Assembly: GCA_010909165.1 (NCBI GenBank)
Contig: MU008175.1
Location: forward strand, 434,001 to 498,000
Direction: 5' to 3'
DNA: 64,000 nucleotides
From: Anthoceros angustus
Taxonomy: Eukaryota > Plantae > Anthocerotophyta
Position numbers and translations under genes: made by a program. Under the pieces are notes generated by a model, which searched no databases, was not told where the DNA came from, and saw only the letters and a program-made list of their open reading frames with translations. Positions 24,692 through 36,700 of this stretch are shown here, in pieces (positions within the stretch are counted from its first letter, which is position 1; each line of letters begins with the position of its first letter).

Positions 24692-25559
24692 TAGAGGAAG
24701 GAAGGAGAGTGGAGACAAGTGAAGAGAGTGTGACTATGACGAGATGATGTTTGAAAGAGTAATCCTGAGAAGCCTAGTACGTAGTATGGAATAGGGCTAG
24801 GATGGGATGGAATGTTTGGTGATGGTAGTGGGGGAAGATAAGGAGAGAAAAGTGGTAAGTGAATTCATTTCCATAGTTGGTTGTTGTTGTGTTATACTTG
24901 GGAAGAAGAACCGGAACAGGAAGAACAAGACGAACATTTGTTTCAGTCTGCTAAAAGCCTTAGTGTGCAAAAGGCCCGAAAGCCTCTACCTTAATTAATG
25001 AACTTGGGGTGGTGGAGGAAGCTTAGGAAGAGAGTCTGGCAAATGTGAAATTGATTGGAGTGTTTGTGGGAGCTTAAGTTGTTGGAACTTGGATCCGAGG
25101 GAGTCCAAGGGAGTCCGAGGGACACGCAGGGCATGGGCAAGGCTAGAAATAGGGGGTGTCGGACAGGCCCATGTGACTTTTATGGCTACAGTGTGGTGGG
25201 GTGCGGCTTGCATGTGCTTATTGGCTCCTGCATTTTCTAATTCCATCGCCCGCTTGCTTGTATTGTGCAATTGTCCGGAGTGAGTGGGTGGCGGCTTGTG
25301 CGTAAAGCTTCTGCAGAGCAGGCAAGGGGTGGACTCCTGAACCAGGGGGCTGGGAGTCGGGACTCGGGACCATCCCCCTTTTCCTCTCATCCTTCTCCAT
25401 TGGATAGGTGAGTTGTGACATATGTGCTCATCACTCCTTTTTGCTCTGCAGCCGGGCCCCTCCGACTCCTGCCACTTTCCTATCCCTGCAGCAGCAGCAG
25501 CTGGAGCTGGAGCTGGAGCTGCAGCTGGTGGACCAGGCCTCGGCAGCCTCCTTCCCCTT

Positions 25560-25750
25560 CTTCCCCGTCTTCCTGTCTTCCCATCTTCCTGTCTTCCTGT
25601 CTTCCTGCCTTCCCTGTCTTCCTGTCTTCCCATCTCCCATCTCCTGTCTTCCTGTCTTCCCTCCTTCCCCTGTAGCAGCGGTGTCCAGAGTCTCTCTCCC
25701 TCCCTCCCCTCTGCCCACTGCCCACTGCCCGCTGCCCACTGCCCACTGCC
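25560..25750. repeat. low-complexity repeats (CTGTCTTCC)n and (CTGCCCA)n
   Basis: Direct reading. These tracts generate several spurious ORFs in the track. Confidence 0.8.
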
Positions 25751-26938
25751 CACAGACCCAGAGACTGCGTCGCAGCTGGCTGGGTTGCCCCCGGCGGCTC
25801 CCAGCCCGGCCTGCTGCCGCATCGGGATGGGGGCATCTCGTACTTCTCTCCTTCCTCCTCTACTCTGGGCCATCGGCCTCTCCACTCCTTCCCTCTCTGC
25901 CTCCTCTCCGCACAGTGCACGGGCTTCGGCTTCCTGGGTTTCCGGGCCGACGCCAGCTTGAAGGAATCAGGTGGTGCAGGACGACAGGCGAGGTAGGGGA
26001 TCGGAAATCACGTCCCTGCGCATTGCCTCGTGCTCAGCCTGGGTGGCCATTTTTAGGCGCCCAGTGTACTTCGGACTGGGAGCCTCGCCTCGCCTCGCCT
26101 CGCCCCTCCCTTAGGCTCGCCTGGCTAAGGCTTCAATTCCATCTTCTCTCCGCCTCCGAGCTCAGCTGCAACTTGCACCACCCCTTTGAGCCCGCGGTCT
26201 CGGTCTTGGGGCGTAGGCTGCAGCTGGTCTTTGCCTGCTCCTGGAAACCGTGCCTTCTACACGTGAGGCTCCCCACTGCTTCAAACTGCTCCCATCTCCC
26301 TTCTCCCAGCTTGGTAGCCACCGCCTTTGCTCTTGTTTAGTTCTGACCACAGTGTCAGTGCTCACCATTTCCGCAACCGCCTTCCTTTGTTTTGTACGCT
26401 CTTCCCCCTCTGTGGGTGCGGGCTGCGTGTCACCCACCTCCACAATGTGCTGCATTCTCATGCTTCCAGATCTGTGGGTCATTACGTCCTTCGTCACCTT
26501 GACGATCGCTTTGTGAGCTAGCTGTGGACTGGCGGAGGAGTGGGCTCCCTCGCGCAGGAATTGGGTGCTCGGTGGGTAGCTAGCTGGGCCTTCTTCCATC
26601 GGGCCCTCCGCATGCTGGTGGAGCTGCTTGTGCTCCTCGTGATTCCTTGCCTGGTACTCGAAATGCAGTCGGTGGTGCTGGTGCTCTGCTTGCTGCTTTT
26701 TGTGATATATGCCAGGACTAGGAATCCGGAGCAGCAGCAGCAGCAGCAGCAGCAGTAGTGACTCGAGGTCGTGGCATGGCGGATTCAGGCTGCGGGGAAG
26801 GACTGCAGGGAGTGGAAGTGGCACCGGATGCTGCTAGTACGTAGATTGAAATTGATGGGTTGAGGCCCCGCGGAAGGGCTTTGCGGACTAAATTGCCGCC
26901 AGGCACATTGCTAGCTTGCGACACCGGAGCCGGGCTTG

Positions 26939-28510
26939 ATGGCGTGGGGACCTTCTGGGGCAATGGTGTTCTGGCTGGCATGGCCCAGGTGCGGTTCTTC
27001 CCGGAGCGGGTTTCTATGGGGGCTCGTTCTTTTGGGAATGCTCATGTCTGGGAGGCAAGTGGAGGGCTGGAGCTGGCTCATGGCGGACACCAAGGTGCCC
27101 CTGCCCACGTGCCCGGGCCGGTGTCTCGAGGTGGACGACTCCGAGGCGGCAGGGGTTTACAGTGGGAAGGTGGTGGGGTTCGGGAGCTGCCAGGGATGGT
27201 CAGCCAATCAGCAGTGGGTTGTGGAGAGTGTGAATGACTACGCCAGTCGGATCACTATTCTGGAACCCAACGGTCAGCAGACTCTGTGCCTCCAGCCCAA
27301 TCTTACAGGTCAATCTGTTGTACTAGCCGCTTGCACAAACTCTCCACATCAAAACTGGGTGGTGGGAGCTCAAGATGGGCGAGTGCGGACGCAAGAAAGC
27401 TTGGGTGACAGCGGTCCTGTAGAACCCCTCTACCTGGCCATGCTGTATCAAAAAGATCTGCAGGATTCTGATCCCAAGCGGCCCTGGCATTCCTGCATTC
27501 TTGCCAGTATGGGTGACTCCCGATTGTACGGACTTTCGCCCAATATGACCGACGTCGTATCGGTGGTGCCGAGGTCGTCTTATGTCAACTCCAGCTCCTT
27601 TTCTGGACAGACTACTGGAGGGAGCGTGAATGACATAGTTCTAAATGGAGGATTTGAGCTCTCCAGCTACCTGGATGACAGCCTATCGGACGCTAATCTG
27701 TGGGTGGAGATGCAGTCGTCTTCAGATGACATCTTCGGTCTGTGTTTCTGGAGTGTCCCCAACGGGACAGTGACGCTCAGAGTTTACAGCAGTACTGCTG
27801 GGGGCCCGGGCTCTCTAAGTGTGCTGCTCAATGGCCGTAAAGACCAAGGAGCTCTGAGCCAGGTGGTGCCTACAACACCAGGATCCTTCTATGTCCTTGT
27901 TTTCGAGGTGGCAGCGCCAGGGTGCTCAAACGTCAGTGAGGCTTCAGTGCGAGTCAGTGTCTCGCCATCCAGCCTGGAGTCCCAAACACACAACATATTT
28001 GGCTCAGGTGCGAGTCAGTACATTGTTTGGTGGACTCCCGTGTTCAGCTTCCAGGCTGAGAGTGAGTGGACCACTCTCACCTTTGAGAGCTTGACACGGC
28101 CTGAGACTGGATGTGGGCCAGCCATAGACAACGTGAGGGTGTTGAACATGAGCACGGATGCTGCTCTGCCTCCAACAGCCGTTGTTGGATACTCCCCTCC
28201 TCCTCCACAATCAGGCCCTGTCCGAGCAGACCCCAATTCAAGCTTCTCACAGCAAGTCCATGAGGACGGCTACCCGGGTGTTACTCTGTCCAGAGGAGCC
28301 ATCTCCGGTATTGTCCTTGGGGCCGCTGCAGTTGCATTCGGAGTTGGATCTCTGGCCTACTTGCTGCTCATCCTGCCCCTCTCCAACAAGCTCAACAAGA
28401 GGAACAGCTCTGAGCAGATGCTCCCGAAGGCAGACAATCAGTGGGATTCCCCTTCCTCTCCTTCTTCCAGCAGCTCTGTCAACATCGTCCCGGTGCACGA
28501 GCTGGAGTAG
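26939..28510 (+). CDS. single-pass membrane protein: signal peptide, ricin-B-type lectin, DUF642/galactose-binding-like domain, TM helix, short Ser-rich tail (intronless)
   Basis: Hydrophobic leader; CLEV...C....NQQW and CL....G..VVLAAC...HQNW beta-trefoil repeats; VLNGGFE...LSQVVPTTPGSFYVLVF...FQAESEWTTLTFES...GCGPAIDNVRV; TM segment GAISGIVLGAAAVAFGVGSLAYLLLILPL. Confidence 0.8.
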   Translation: MAWGPSGAMVFWLAWPRCGSSRSGFLWGLVLLGMLMSGRQVEGWSWLMADTKVPLPTCPGRCLEVDDSEAAGVYSGKVVGFGSCQGWSANQQWVVESVNDYASRITILEPNGQQTLCLQPNLTGQSVVLAACTNSPHQNWVVGAQDGRVRTQESLGDSGPVEPLYLAMLYQKDLQDSDPKRPWHSCILASMGDSRLYGLSPNMTDVVSVVPRSSYVNSSSFSGQTTGGSVNDIVLNGGFELSSYLDDSLSDANLWVEMQSSSDDIFGLCFWSVPNGTVTLRVYSSTAGGPGSLSVLLNGRKDQGALSQVVPTTPGSFYVLVFEVAAPGCSNVSEASVRVSVSPSSLESQTHNIFGSGASQYIVWWTPVFSFQAESEWTTLTFESLTRPETGCGPAIDNVRVLNMSTDAALPPTAVVGYSPPPPQSGPVRADPNSSFSQQVHEDGYPGVTLSRGAISGIVLGAAAVAFGVGSLAYLLLILPLSNKLNKRNSSEQMLPKADNQWDSPSSPSSSSSVNIVPVHELE

Positions 28511-29001
28511 ATTTAGTGCACCCATGGCAATTCAGCCAGGACTTCAGCTTAGCTTCACACTTGACACTCAAAAGGTTCCTTTCCGGTTACGTGTGTAACA
28601 CGGAAGTGGGTTGTCAGTTTGCATCAACAACCGTAGCAGAACTTGCTACCTAATAAGCTCCCTCGCCTACTAATCAGGCATCTAATTCCACAGAGGGCAC
28701 AAATCCGAATGTTTGGAAGGCACTGTATCAGGGCTAGCATGCTCGTCTCGATGCTGAAAGTCGTAGCTTATACGCAAAGTGTTGGCTTATTGAGACCCAG
28801 CATCAACCAGTGCTCATAATTAGCAGGGTGGGGGCCCGAGGCCGTTCCGGCTGCAATGACAGTACGCTGGCAGCGCTACAACCGCCAGCGAGCCCAGCAG
28901 CTCGGCCAACACTTTGGGAAACCCTGGAGGATGGCCTGCAATGAGGGCGGAGATTAGGTCACGGCGGCAGCACTAGTCTTGGGTCCGGTAGTTCCAGGGC
29001 T

Positions 29002-30477
29002 ATGGCTTGCCGCAATCTGGAGCAGATGGAGGAGGGCGGCTTCCATGATTCGCTACTGCGGGGACTCGCAGATACAGGCTACGTCTTCCCGGTGGGCAGC
29101 GACAGCGTCAAAATTCTGGAATCCCCTGCAGATTTCTACCGCGCCCTCCTGGATGGCATCAAAAGCGCCAGAGAGCGGGTGGTGATGGCGTCCCTGTATG
29201 TGGGCACAGGCCAGCTGGAGCAACGACTGCTGGATGCTGTGGGAGAGGCTCTGGCAAGCAACCCCGCACTCCGCGTCACTTTGCTGTTCGATGCTCTCAG
29301 GTCCACCCGACCCACCAGGGAATCTCCCCGCTTCACCTCCAGCGCAGGGATGCTCTGCGACATGCTTCTGTCGAACACAGCCAAGTGGAGGCGATCAGGA
29401 TCAGCAGGAGCCGACGGCAGACTGAGCGTGTCCCTCTACCACACACCGGACCTCGCCGGGGCCGTGAAGCTGGTGCTGCCTGCCAGATTCAACGAGGGCA
29501 TGGGAGTTTTCCACATCAAGGCCTATGTCTTCGACGACACGGTGCTCATGAGCGGAGCCAACCTGAGCACATCCTACTTCACCGACAGGCAGGACCGGTA
29601 CATGCTCTTCTCCGGCTGCAAGGATCTGGCAGCCTGGCTCTCTCGCCTGCTTGACACTGTGGCCTCATTCTCCTACACCCTGGACAAGACAGGGCAGCTC
29701 CTGCCCCCTCCCACCATGGTGGATCCGGTGCAAGATCCCTCTCTCTTCCGCAAGCAGATGGGCGATGCAGTGAGGAGGGAAATGAAGTCACAAGACCCAC
29801 AGCCACAGACCTCCTGGCTGGACAGGAGCAGCACCTGGGTGCTGCCAACCCTCCAGATGGGGCCCTTGGCCATCCTGCAAGATGAACTCTGCACTCTCTG
29901 GCTCCTCAACCAGATGCCCGCAGGCTCACACATCCATCTGGCTTCCGCCTACTTCAACCTCACCCCAGAATTCGAGTCCGCCCTCCACGCCGCTGCAGGC
30001 GACAAAAACCTGCACATCCTCACAGCCTCCCCGCAAGCCAACGGCTTCTACGGCTCCGCCGGCGTCTCCAGATTCATCCCGCACGTCTACTCCATCTACG
30101 AGCAGCAGTTCCACAGCCGCTGCCAGGAAGCCGCAGCTCAGGGCCGCGTGCGCATCCAAGAGTACCACAGGCCGGGCTGGACCTTCCACGCCAAGGGCGC
30201 CTGGTGCGCGCTGCCGGACCGACCCGGCGGCTCCAGCTGTCCCAGCGTCACGATCATTGGCAGCTCCAACTTCGGGCATCGCTCCAGGCACCGGGATCTG
30301 GAGGCTCAGCTGTTCCTGGTGACCAAGGACGAGCGTCTGCAGAAGGGGCTGCAGCTGGAGCGGGATTCTCTCTACAGCGGCGCAGAGACGGTGCATTCTG
30401 GCATCTTCTCCAGACCAAATCGATCCAGCGGGACAATGATCCGAGCGGCAGCTCGACTCGTTAGGAATTGGCTGTAA
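29002..30477 (+). CDS. PGS1: PLD-superfamily CDP-diacylglycerol--glycerol-3-phosphate 3-phosphatidyltransferase (PGS1 type), intronless
   Basis: ILESPADFY..L..GI.SA.ERVVMASLYVG, LFDALRSTR, VSLYHTPDL, GVFHIKAYVFDD.VLMSGANLS.SYFTDRQDRY, ASAYFNLT, ANGFYGS.GVS..IP..Y, and WTFHAKG.W...IIGSSNFGHRS..RDLEAQ. Confidence 0.9.
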   Translation: MACRNLEQMEEGGFHDSLLRGLADTGYVFPVGSDSVKILESPADFYRALLDGIKSARERVVMASLYVGTGQLEQRLLDAVGEALASNPALRVTLLFDALRSTRPTRESPRFTSSAGMLCDMLLSNTAKWRRSGSAGADGRLSVSLYHTPDLAGAVKLVLPARFNEGMGVFHIKAYVFDDTVLMSGANLSTSYFTDRQDRYMLFSGCKDLAAWLSRLLDTVASFSYTLDKTGQLLPPPTMVDPVQDPSLFRKQMGDAVRREMKSQDPQPQTSWLDRSSTWVLPTLQMGPLAILQDELCTLWLLNQMPAGSHIHLASAYFNLTPEFESALHAAAGDKNLHILTASPQANGFYGSAGVSRFIPHVYSIYEQQFHSRCQEAAAQGRVRIQEYHRPGWTFHAKGAWCALPDRPGGSSCPSVTIIGSSNFGHRSRHRDLEAQLFLVTKDERLQKGLQLERDSLYSGAETVHSGIFSRPNRSSGTMIRAAARLVRNWL

Positions 30478-30803
30478 CAGTTCCCCCGGCATGCTAGTTC
30501 CGAGCCGTTTATCTTCGTTCGAAGAAGCAACACAACACCTCCATGGGACTCGTGTGGATACACTTTCCAAAAGCATTCTCCTCCAACACAATGTAATCCA
30601 AGCACAATCCGATGGATTGTCTTGCAGAAAGGTCGGGAACGAGCTCCGAGCAGTTCATTCAGTGCCGGATGCGAATTAGGGCAGACGGCCCGGGTTTGGG
30701 TAACGGGGCCACTCTCAAAAACCCGACCCGTTCTGAGAGCGGACACTGAAAGTCTGAAAGGAAGAAGCTGCGCTACGCAGGAGATCGCAGACTGGGACGG
30801 ACC

Positions 30804-32979
30804 ATGGCAGATTCAGACGTTGATGCATCGGCCACCGCTCCGCCTCCATCCTCGCTGCCTCCACACCCACCTCCCTCCGTCTTCTTCGCCGAGCGCCCTG
30901 AAGAGGGTTCTCCCCTGCCAATCGGAGGATCAGAGGAGGAAGCCCCTCAACACGCCTTGGCACAGGCGTCGAACGAGGGGGACCATGATGCTGCTGCTGC
31001 TGCTGCTGCGCCGGAGAGTCCAGCCACCAGAGTCTCCGATTTTGATATGCGGAAGTTTTTGCGGTCCTCTTCAGCGCAAGCAGAGGACCTGGCACGAAGC
31101 GTGGTCCAGACTACGGACAGTGCGTTGCAGACGGCTCGGTCTCAGATCAACAATATCGGCCTCGCATCCTCCGAGCACATAGAGACAGCACAGGTGGGTG
31201 CGGAGATCCCCGTGATTTCTGTGTGCTCGTTGTTTCGCTCCTTGCGTTCAAATTGAGCAAGCCGCGGGCGTGTTTGCATCTGCATGCTCTTTTTCGGGGT
31301 TTTGCTACTTCTTCGGGTTGTAATTCTCACTTCTTCACACAAATCCTTGTTGTGCGTCCAGAGTATTGTTCATACAGGTGCTCATCACTACAAGAAGTAT
31401 GAGGACATATTCTTTGATCACATGAAAGGTATTGAGCTTTTCCAGGAGAATTAAGATGAACTTAGAAGAATCTTCTGTTGGATATGTCTTCATTTGCATC
31501 GTCTGCCCAGTGGTGGCCAGCTGACGAGCTGCCTGCGTCAATGTATTTCAGAGGGTATTCGGATTGCAACTACCCACCCGACGGTGACAGGAGCAGCAGC
31601 AACTGCGGCAGCACTCCTTCTCATGCGAAGTATGTTTAGACTCTCTGACAAGTGTGGGCTTTTCTCTTTTCGTCACTTCACGCTATTCAGGAGTAGATTC
31701 CGCCCCTGGTTTACTTCGTATTTCTTCCCACCTTCCTGTTCGCAGGTCTTTGAGAGAGTTTCTTGCAGTTGACCAATGTTACATCACTCAGGCCTTGTTG
31801 ATGTTGGCAGCCCCAAGGAGATTCCTGTTTCGAATTACTCTTGGAAGGTTCCGAAGTGAGGAGGTATGCAATCCTTAGCACACTGTTCCTCCAGGGGTAG
31901 GGTGGGCTGAGGCATGTTCTGATGTTCCATTGATTTTTAAGCACAGTCGTGTGTGATCTGATCTGCACATTTGCTCTGGTTTCCCGCCATTATAGGGGCC
32001 TTGAACTTGATCTACACAATTTCTTCTTGCGTCTAAGTTGGGCAGGTCCTGTGAAGTTGGTTGCGCTGTCTTTGTGAAACAGTACGGTTTGGTTTATGTA
32101 ATTTTGTTTCTCTCCAACTTTCAGGCCATGCTTGCCAATGCAGAGAACAAAGTCAAGGAGATGCGGCAGTCTGTTGACCTGTTGAAGAATGAAACCAAGA
32201 AACTTGAGGTCTTAGTATCACGTTGTGAGCAAGCGTCCTGCTCTGGTTGTTAGTCGTGATTTTTCTCATGGGGAAGTTTGGTGTACACAAATTGCATTTG
32301 TATTCTACTCTTCCCATCGTTTTGGTCCCTACTGTAATTCTGGTCTGGATTGGGTCCTAGTACAGGAGAGAGCAAAGCTTGCTGAAGCAGAATTCCAGAG
32401 AGGGCGGTCAAAGCTCAAGTACGTCTCATAAAACCATATGGCCTGTACGTGTGCCTCTTCAGATATCTTTTCCGTTGTGATAGCCTATCAACGATGAAAT
32501 ACTGTCCTTCGTGGATCTCTCCCATGTGTGGTAATGTATGTTAATGTGTGGTAGAACCATACGGTTGAGTGTTTGAGTGCTAACATCTTGGCCCGAGTGT
32601 TCAGGAGCACAGGTGGTCAACTTGCTGCCCTGGTGAAGAACGTGTACAAGACAGAAAGCGGTGCATCTGGTCGCGTGCTCTTATCCAAATAGAACCTCTA
32701 GTTGCATTGTTTTGTGAATGTGAACTAAAGAGAGCTTGTCATGGTTTCCGCAGGACTGATGTCGAATTTGAGAGAATTGCCAGGACGGGAAGCTTTGAAG
32801 TTGCGCGCCGAGGTAAGACTAGTCTTTGTGACTATCTTCGAATTTAGTACAGGGTGCCGTGATATTCAGACCTCAGCTTCTTGTGACAGGTGGCTTCCAT
32901 GGCTGCTGAAGTGAAAGAACAGAGGCTGGAATTGAACAAAACCATGACGAAGATTGCCAGCTACGGAATACCAGTTTGA
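30804..32979 (+). CDS. RHIP1: RGS1-HXK1-interacting protein 1 homolog, multi-exon
   Basis: Exon peptides KYEDIFFDHMK, HPTVTG.AA..A.LLLMR, PRRFLFR.TLGRFRSEE, SVDLLKNETKKLE, ERAKLAEAEFQRG, LRELPGREALKLRAE and VASMAAEVKEQR..LNK...KIASYGIPV*. Confidence 0.88.
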
Positions 32980-33714
32980 TTGCAGATTTGATGTGTGTTC
33001 TTTTTCCTTTTTTGTGGTCCCTCATTTGCACCAATTCTCGAGGTCCGACCGCATTGAGAGGTAGAGCAGATCAAAATTCGGAATCACGTCAAGTCAGCAA
33101 TCCATGGGTGTAAAGAATTGCTTAGCGTATTTTATATAGGTTCAAAGCTGGGTTGGTAGCCTGATGTGGTGGGAGTTTTGTTTTTCGCGGCCGCTACGAG
33201 ACAAGGACTCGGTGAACAGGATCCGTCCGATGCTTCGTTCTGGTTCGTCCCTCACCATGGAATCTGGGTAATCAACTAATCCAACCCCTATTTGACCGAC
33301 CTACTCAAAACGAGACTGTGCCCCATGCCTTCCTACACAGTCCAGATTCTACAGCGCAAAAAAAAAAAACCATCTGGAAGGTCTTCAATTGCCCCCTCGA
33401 GTGAAAGATTCCCTCGGCTTCATTTCAAGATGCTTGGTCTATGTCTGGTTTACGATAGCTTTCCTGGGGCCTGGACTCGGCTCACCGACACCTACCCACT
33501 CATCACAACTGGCTTACCGGTTCTCCGATCAAGCTGACCGGAAGTTAAATTTTTTTTGGTGACCGTGGAATGTCCAGTGATCGAAAGTTGCAAGAGATGT
33601 TCTTGACGAGTGGCCGATCACCAGGGTCACCTTGGAGCCATCATCAAGCGGGCCCACGGCTCGTTGGTAGCTGTGCTTCGTCGGGTATACATTGAATGCT
33701 CGTCACAACTCATT

Positions 33715-36700
33715 TCGTGCCCTTTCTTCCATGCTGAGCATCAGTCACCATGTCTGCTTCCCTTCGCCGCCACCTGCTGCCCCACGGTATGCCGAAGAAG
33801 CTTCCACCATTGCAGCTTGGGCCAAGGAAATGCAGTACACTCCAACACAAATGAAGGCCGCAGTCGGGCTTCTCTCCTAAGATTGGTTGCAAGAGCATCC
33901 AATTCCGGCCCGGATGACTTGGCCCTCAACTCCCGTTGCGCACAACTTTCGTCATCGCTACCGTCAAGAAGTTGCCCTCCTGGTAGGTTGGACACAACAG
34001 GTTCATTAGTGTCCGTCTGGTCATCTACCTCAGCTATCTTAAAACCCACTTCAGATTCATCATGAAACTCCTGATCAGATTCATCATGGAATTCCTGTGG
34101 GTTCTGTATGGATTATGAGTGATTATCCTCCTGTTCCTCTCTACCTTGGTTCTCGCATTGGTTCCCACCTTGTAGCCCTTCCCGCTCCAAGGCTTCGTCT
34201 TCCCCTTGTTCACTACTTGGTTCCCTTGCCTCCCTCCTAGCAATTGCTGTAGACAAACGGGCCCTTCTCTTCGATTCGTCAGCAAGCCAGAAGGCATCCA
34301 TGACGGCCTTTTGGCTGTTCACCCACGATTCCTGCTAATGGAGCTCCTTCGCTTTCTGAGGCAGCTTCACCCACATTCTCTGAGCCCTTCGCAAATGTCC
34401 TTGCTCTGCCCAATGTTGGCTGAGTTGAAATCGAGCATCTACATTATCCGCTATATCCCGTTGGTAGTAATTGCCAACTCCAACATCCCTGGACAGTCGA
34501 GGTCGTCCACGAGGGCGGGAGGCAACCTACCAACACCATGGCTTTCCAGATGCTTAGAAACATATGCGTAGCTAGAACTACAGAAACCTCTAGATCTTCA
34601 ACGAAGCAAGCGATGATGTTGATACCCAACTCCTGCACATCCTCCTTGACACTATAATCCCTACTCAGTTGTGCATATTCTGATGCCACCCCAGCATCAG
34701 CTTCAGCAGCTTGGGAGCCCTACCGGTGACTCTGGAGCCTCATCTTGTGGTACATGAGCAGCTGCAGGGCAGGAAGTACGGCCTCCTCACGCGGAGCTTG
34801 CTGACCACCAAGCGGAGCGACCTGGGCAACCAGGCCAACCGCAGCTACAGCAGAATCTTCAGTGGGAGGAACCTGAACTGCATGAGCAACAGCTGCTGTA
34901 ATTAATCAGCGTAGCTCGCGTGCAACGAGAGAGTGGATCGTTACGTGTGATCAAAGCGTTATGAACAAGAGCGTGTCCGGTGAAGCGGTGGATGTAACCT
35001 CTCATGCGTGTGTCTGTTGAAATCTAACTTAAGCAGCAGGTGAACGTCTAAAATACGTCTAATCTATAAAGGTATTTTTAGAAAAGATTATACGGGCAAC
35101 GAAAGTTTTTTGGTAAGTTTTTTTTGAGCAACGAAAGTGTTTTGTGAACAGACAGCAACCAAAGTTTTATGTGAGGGTTTTTGGTTGAAGGTACGGCTCT
35201 CTAGGAGCGGAAGGTTTCACCGTGAGGGATTTTGGTGAAGGTACCAGCTTTGGGAGCTAAAGGTTCGACTCGTGAGGGATTTTGGTGAAGGTACCTACGA
35301 GGGTGAAGGTTTGAGTCTCTAATCTAGGCTCACAATCTTCACATCCTTATCGTGGTTACCTCGAGGGAAATTCAGGCCGTGAGGGCCTCACCTCCCTTCC
35401 GTCGTACATAGCCTCGTGCCCTTTCTTCCATGCTGAGCATCAGTCACCATGTCTGCTTCCTTCGCCGCCACCTGCTGCCCCACGGTATGCCGAAGAAGCT
35501 TCCACCATTGCAGCTTGGGCCAAGGAAATGCAGTACACTCCAACACAAATGAAGGCCGCAGTCGGGCTTCTCTCCTAAGATTGGTTGCAAGAGCATCCAA
35601 TTCCGGCCCGGATGACTTGGCCTCAACTCCCGTTGCGCACAACTTTCGTCATCGCTACCGTCAAGTTGCCCTCCTGGTAGGTTGGACACAACAGGTTCAT
35701 TAGTGTCCGTCTGGTCATCTACCTCAGCTATCTTAAAACCCACTTCAGATTCATCATGAAACTCCTGATCAGATTCATCATGGAATTCCTGTGGGTTCTG
35801 TATGGATTATGAGTGATTATCCTCCTGTTCCTCTCTACCTTGGTTCTCGCATTGGTTCCCACCTTGTAGCCCTTCCCGCTCCAAGGCTTCGTCTTCCCTT
35901 GTTCACTACTTGGTTCCCTTGCCTCCCTCCTAGCAATTGCTGTAGACAAACGGGCCCTTCTCTTCGATTCGTCAGCAAGCCAGAAGGCATCCATGACGGC
36001 CTTTTGGCTGTTCACCCACGATTCCTGCTAATGGAGCTCCTTCGCTTTCTGAGGCAGCTTCACCCACATTCTCTGAGCCCTTCGCAAATGTCCTTGCTCT
36101 GCCCAATGTTGGCTGAGTTGAAATCGAGCATCTACATTATCCGCTATATCCCGTTGGTAGTAATTGCCAACTCCAACATCCCTGGACAGTCGAGGTCGTC
36201 CACGAGGGCGGGGAGGCAACCTACCAACACCATGGCTTTCCAGATGCTTAGAAACATATGCGTAGCTAGAACTACAGAAACCTCTAGATCTTCAACGAAG
36301 CAAGCGATGATGTTGATACCCAACTCCTGCACATCCTCCTTGACACTATAATCCCTACTCAGTTGTGCATATTCTGATGCCACCCCCAGCATCAGCTTCA
36401 GCAGCTTGGGGAGCCCTACCGGTGACTCTGGAGCCTCATCTTGTGGTACATGAGCAGCTGCAGGGGCAGGAAGTACGGCCTCCTCACGCGGAGCTTGCTG
36501 ACCACCAAGCGGAGCGACCTGGGCAACCAGGCCAACCGCAGCTACAGCAGAATCTTCAGTGGGAGGAACCTGAACTGCATGAGCAACAGCTGCTGTAATT
36601 AATCAGCGTAGCTCGCGTGCAACGAGAGAGTGGATCGTTACGTGTGATCAAAGCGTTATGAACAAGAGCGTGTCCGGTGAAGCGGTGGATGTAACCTCTC

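Noticed and set aside
24995-26824. Long ORFs (296, 310 and 220 aa) upstream of the lectin gene
   Set aside because: Built from low-complexity CTGTCTTCC, CTGCCCA and CAG repeats, overlapping on both strands, with no domain signal.
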